Source: Thermoanaerobaculia bacterium
GTDB lineage: Bacteria; Acidobacteriota; Thermoanaerobaculia; Multivoradales; JAGPDF01
Direction: 5' to 3'
NCBI GenBank assembly: GCA_039932315.1
Contig: JBDTQG010000015.1
Span: 1,148 to 65,147 of the forward strand
DNA length: 64,000 bases
Made by a program: the position numbers and the translations under genes. The first letter of the stretch is position 1. The number at the start of each line of letters is the position of its first letter. The notes under the pieces were generated by a model that was not told the origin of the DNA, did not search any database, and saw nothing but the letters and a program-made list of their open reading frames with translations. Below are positions 63,610-64,000 of this stretch, piece after piece.

Positions 63610-64000
63610 TTCGCCGCGCCGCCGTCGCAGTGCGGGAGTGCGCATCGCGCTCGTCTGGGAAGTCGTCACCGGCGGACTGATCGAGCTCTGGGCGCACAAG
63701 CTGCGCTCGATGCTCACGCTGACGCTGCTCATGCTGGGAGTCTTCGCGCTGGTCGTCATGACCTCGGTCCTCGACGGCGTGCAGGACAAGGTGAGCACGG
63801 GGTTCGCGGGGATGTCCTGGGACGGCACCCTCATGCTCGCGCCGCGGAATGCGAGGACGTCGGAAGATCAGAAGCGCTTTGCGATGAGTCCGGGCCTGCG
63901 CTACGAGGACCTGGCGAGGATCACCGCGCCGAATCCCAAGGTCCTCGGATTCTCGCCCCGGGCGACGAAGCGCAGCGTCGTCAGGATCTCGGGCGGAACC
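63602..64000 (+). CDS. ABC transporter permease, MacB/FtsX family (5' part; runs off the window)
   Basis: Not in the ORF track (no stop within the window). Hand translation from ATG 63602 is open to nt 64000: MSDSPRRRRSAGVRIALVWEVVTGGLIELWAHKLRSMLTLTLLMLGVFALVVMTSVLDGVQDK.... 8-nt overlap with the upstream permease. Confidence 0.75.
   Translation, partial: MSDSPRRRRSAGVRIALVWEVVTGGLIELWAHKLRSMLTLTLLMLGVFALVVMTSVLDGVQDKVSTGFAGMSWDGTLMLAPRNARTSEDQKRFAMSPGLRYEDLARITAPNPKVLGFSPRATKRSVVRISGGT

Noticed and set aside
60372-63834. Long minus-strand ORFs 60372..61670 and 62230..63834
   Set aside because: Antisense to the second efflux locus (MFP, ATPase, permease), all of which carry family motifs in the + frames.

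Overview
This is a 64-kb, high-GC bacterial chromosomal window (hand-counted sample lines give 67-70% G+C), densely coding on both strands. Many of the longest ORFs in the supplied track are antisense or frame-shadow artefacts typical of high-GC DNA, or carry false N-terminal extensions; I discarded or trimmed them. I support 51 protein-coding genes (2 partial at the window edges) and 2 decayed gene remnants. I saw no rRNA, tRNA or CRISPR array by eye.

Backbone:
- A minus-strand housekeeping cluster, dprA-topA-(insert)-trmFO-xerC, at 2.4-12.1 kb.
- Purine genes purS-purQ-purL-purF and purM-purN at 50.9-60.3 kb.
- Two paralogous MFP/ABC/FtsX/FtsX efflux loci. One is chained by 4-nt overlaps to a sigma-54 NtrC-type regulator and its kinase.
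- Several sensor kinases.

Accessory content, and the best places to look for something new:
1. A roughly 4.4-kb low-GC island (22.0-26.5 kb) carries three signal-peptide genes and ends in a decayed rve-type transposase.
2. Next to it is a lipoprotein / S8 subtilase / free-standing I9-propeptide-like trio (26.5-29.8 kb).
3. A five-gene exported-protein operon (12.3-18.6 kb) is centred on a 990-aa peptidase-MA / TolB-propeller / Omp85-barrel fusion. It is followed by a GAF-HD-GYP protein and a class-II cyclic-nucleotide phosphodiesterase-like protein.
4. An identically spaced C-terminal tail, DGFE-x6-W-x4-P-stop, is shared by three unrelated exoprotein genes.
5. A stand-alone MshEN-type c-di-GMP receptor candidate.
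6. Tandem ECF-like sigma factors lie next to a eukaryote-type PLA2_B-like lipase.

All domain calls are motif recognition by eye from the translations. No database search was run. The taxon (a soil-type Gram-negative, possibly Acidobacteriota-like) is only a guess.
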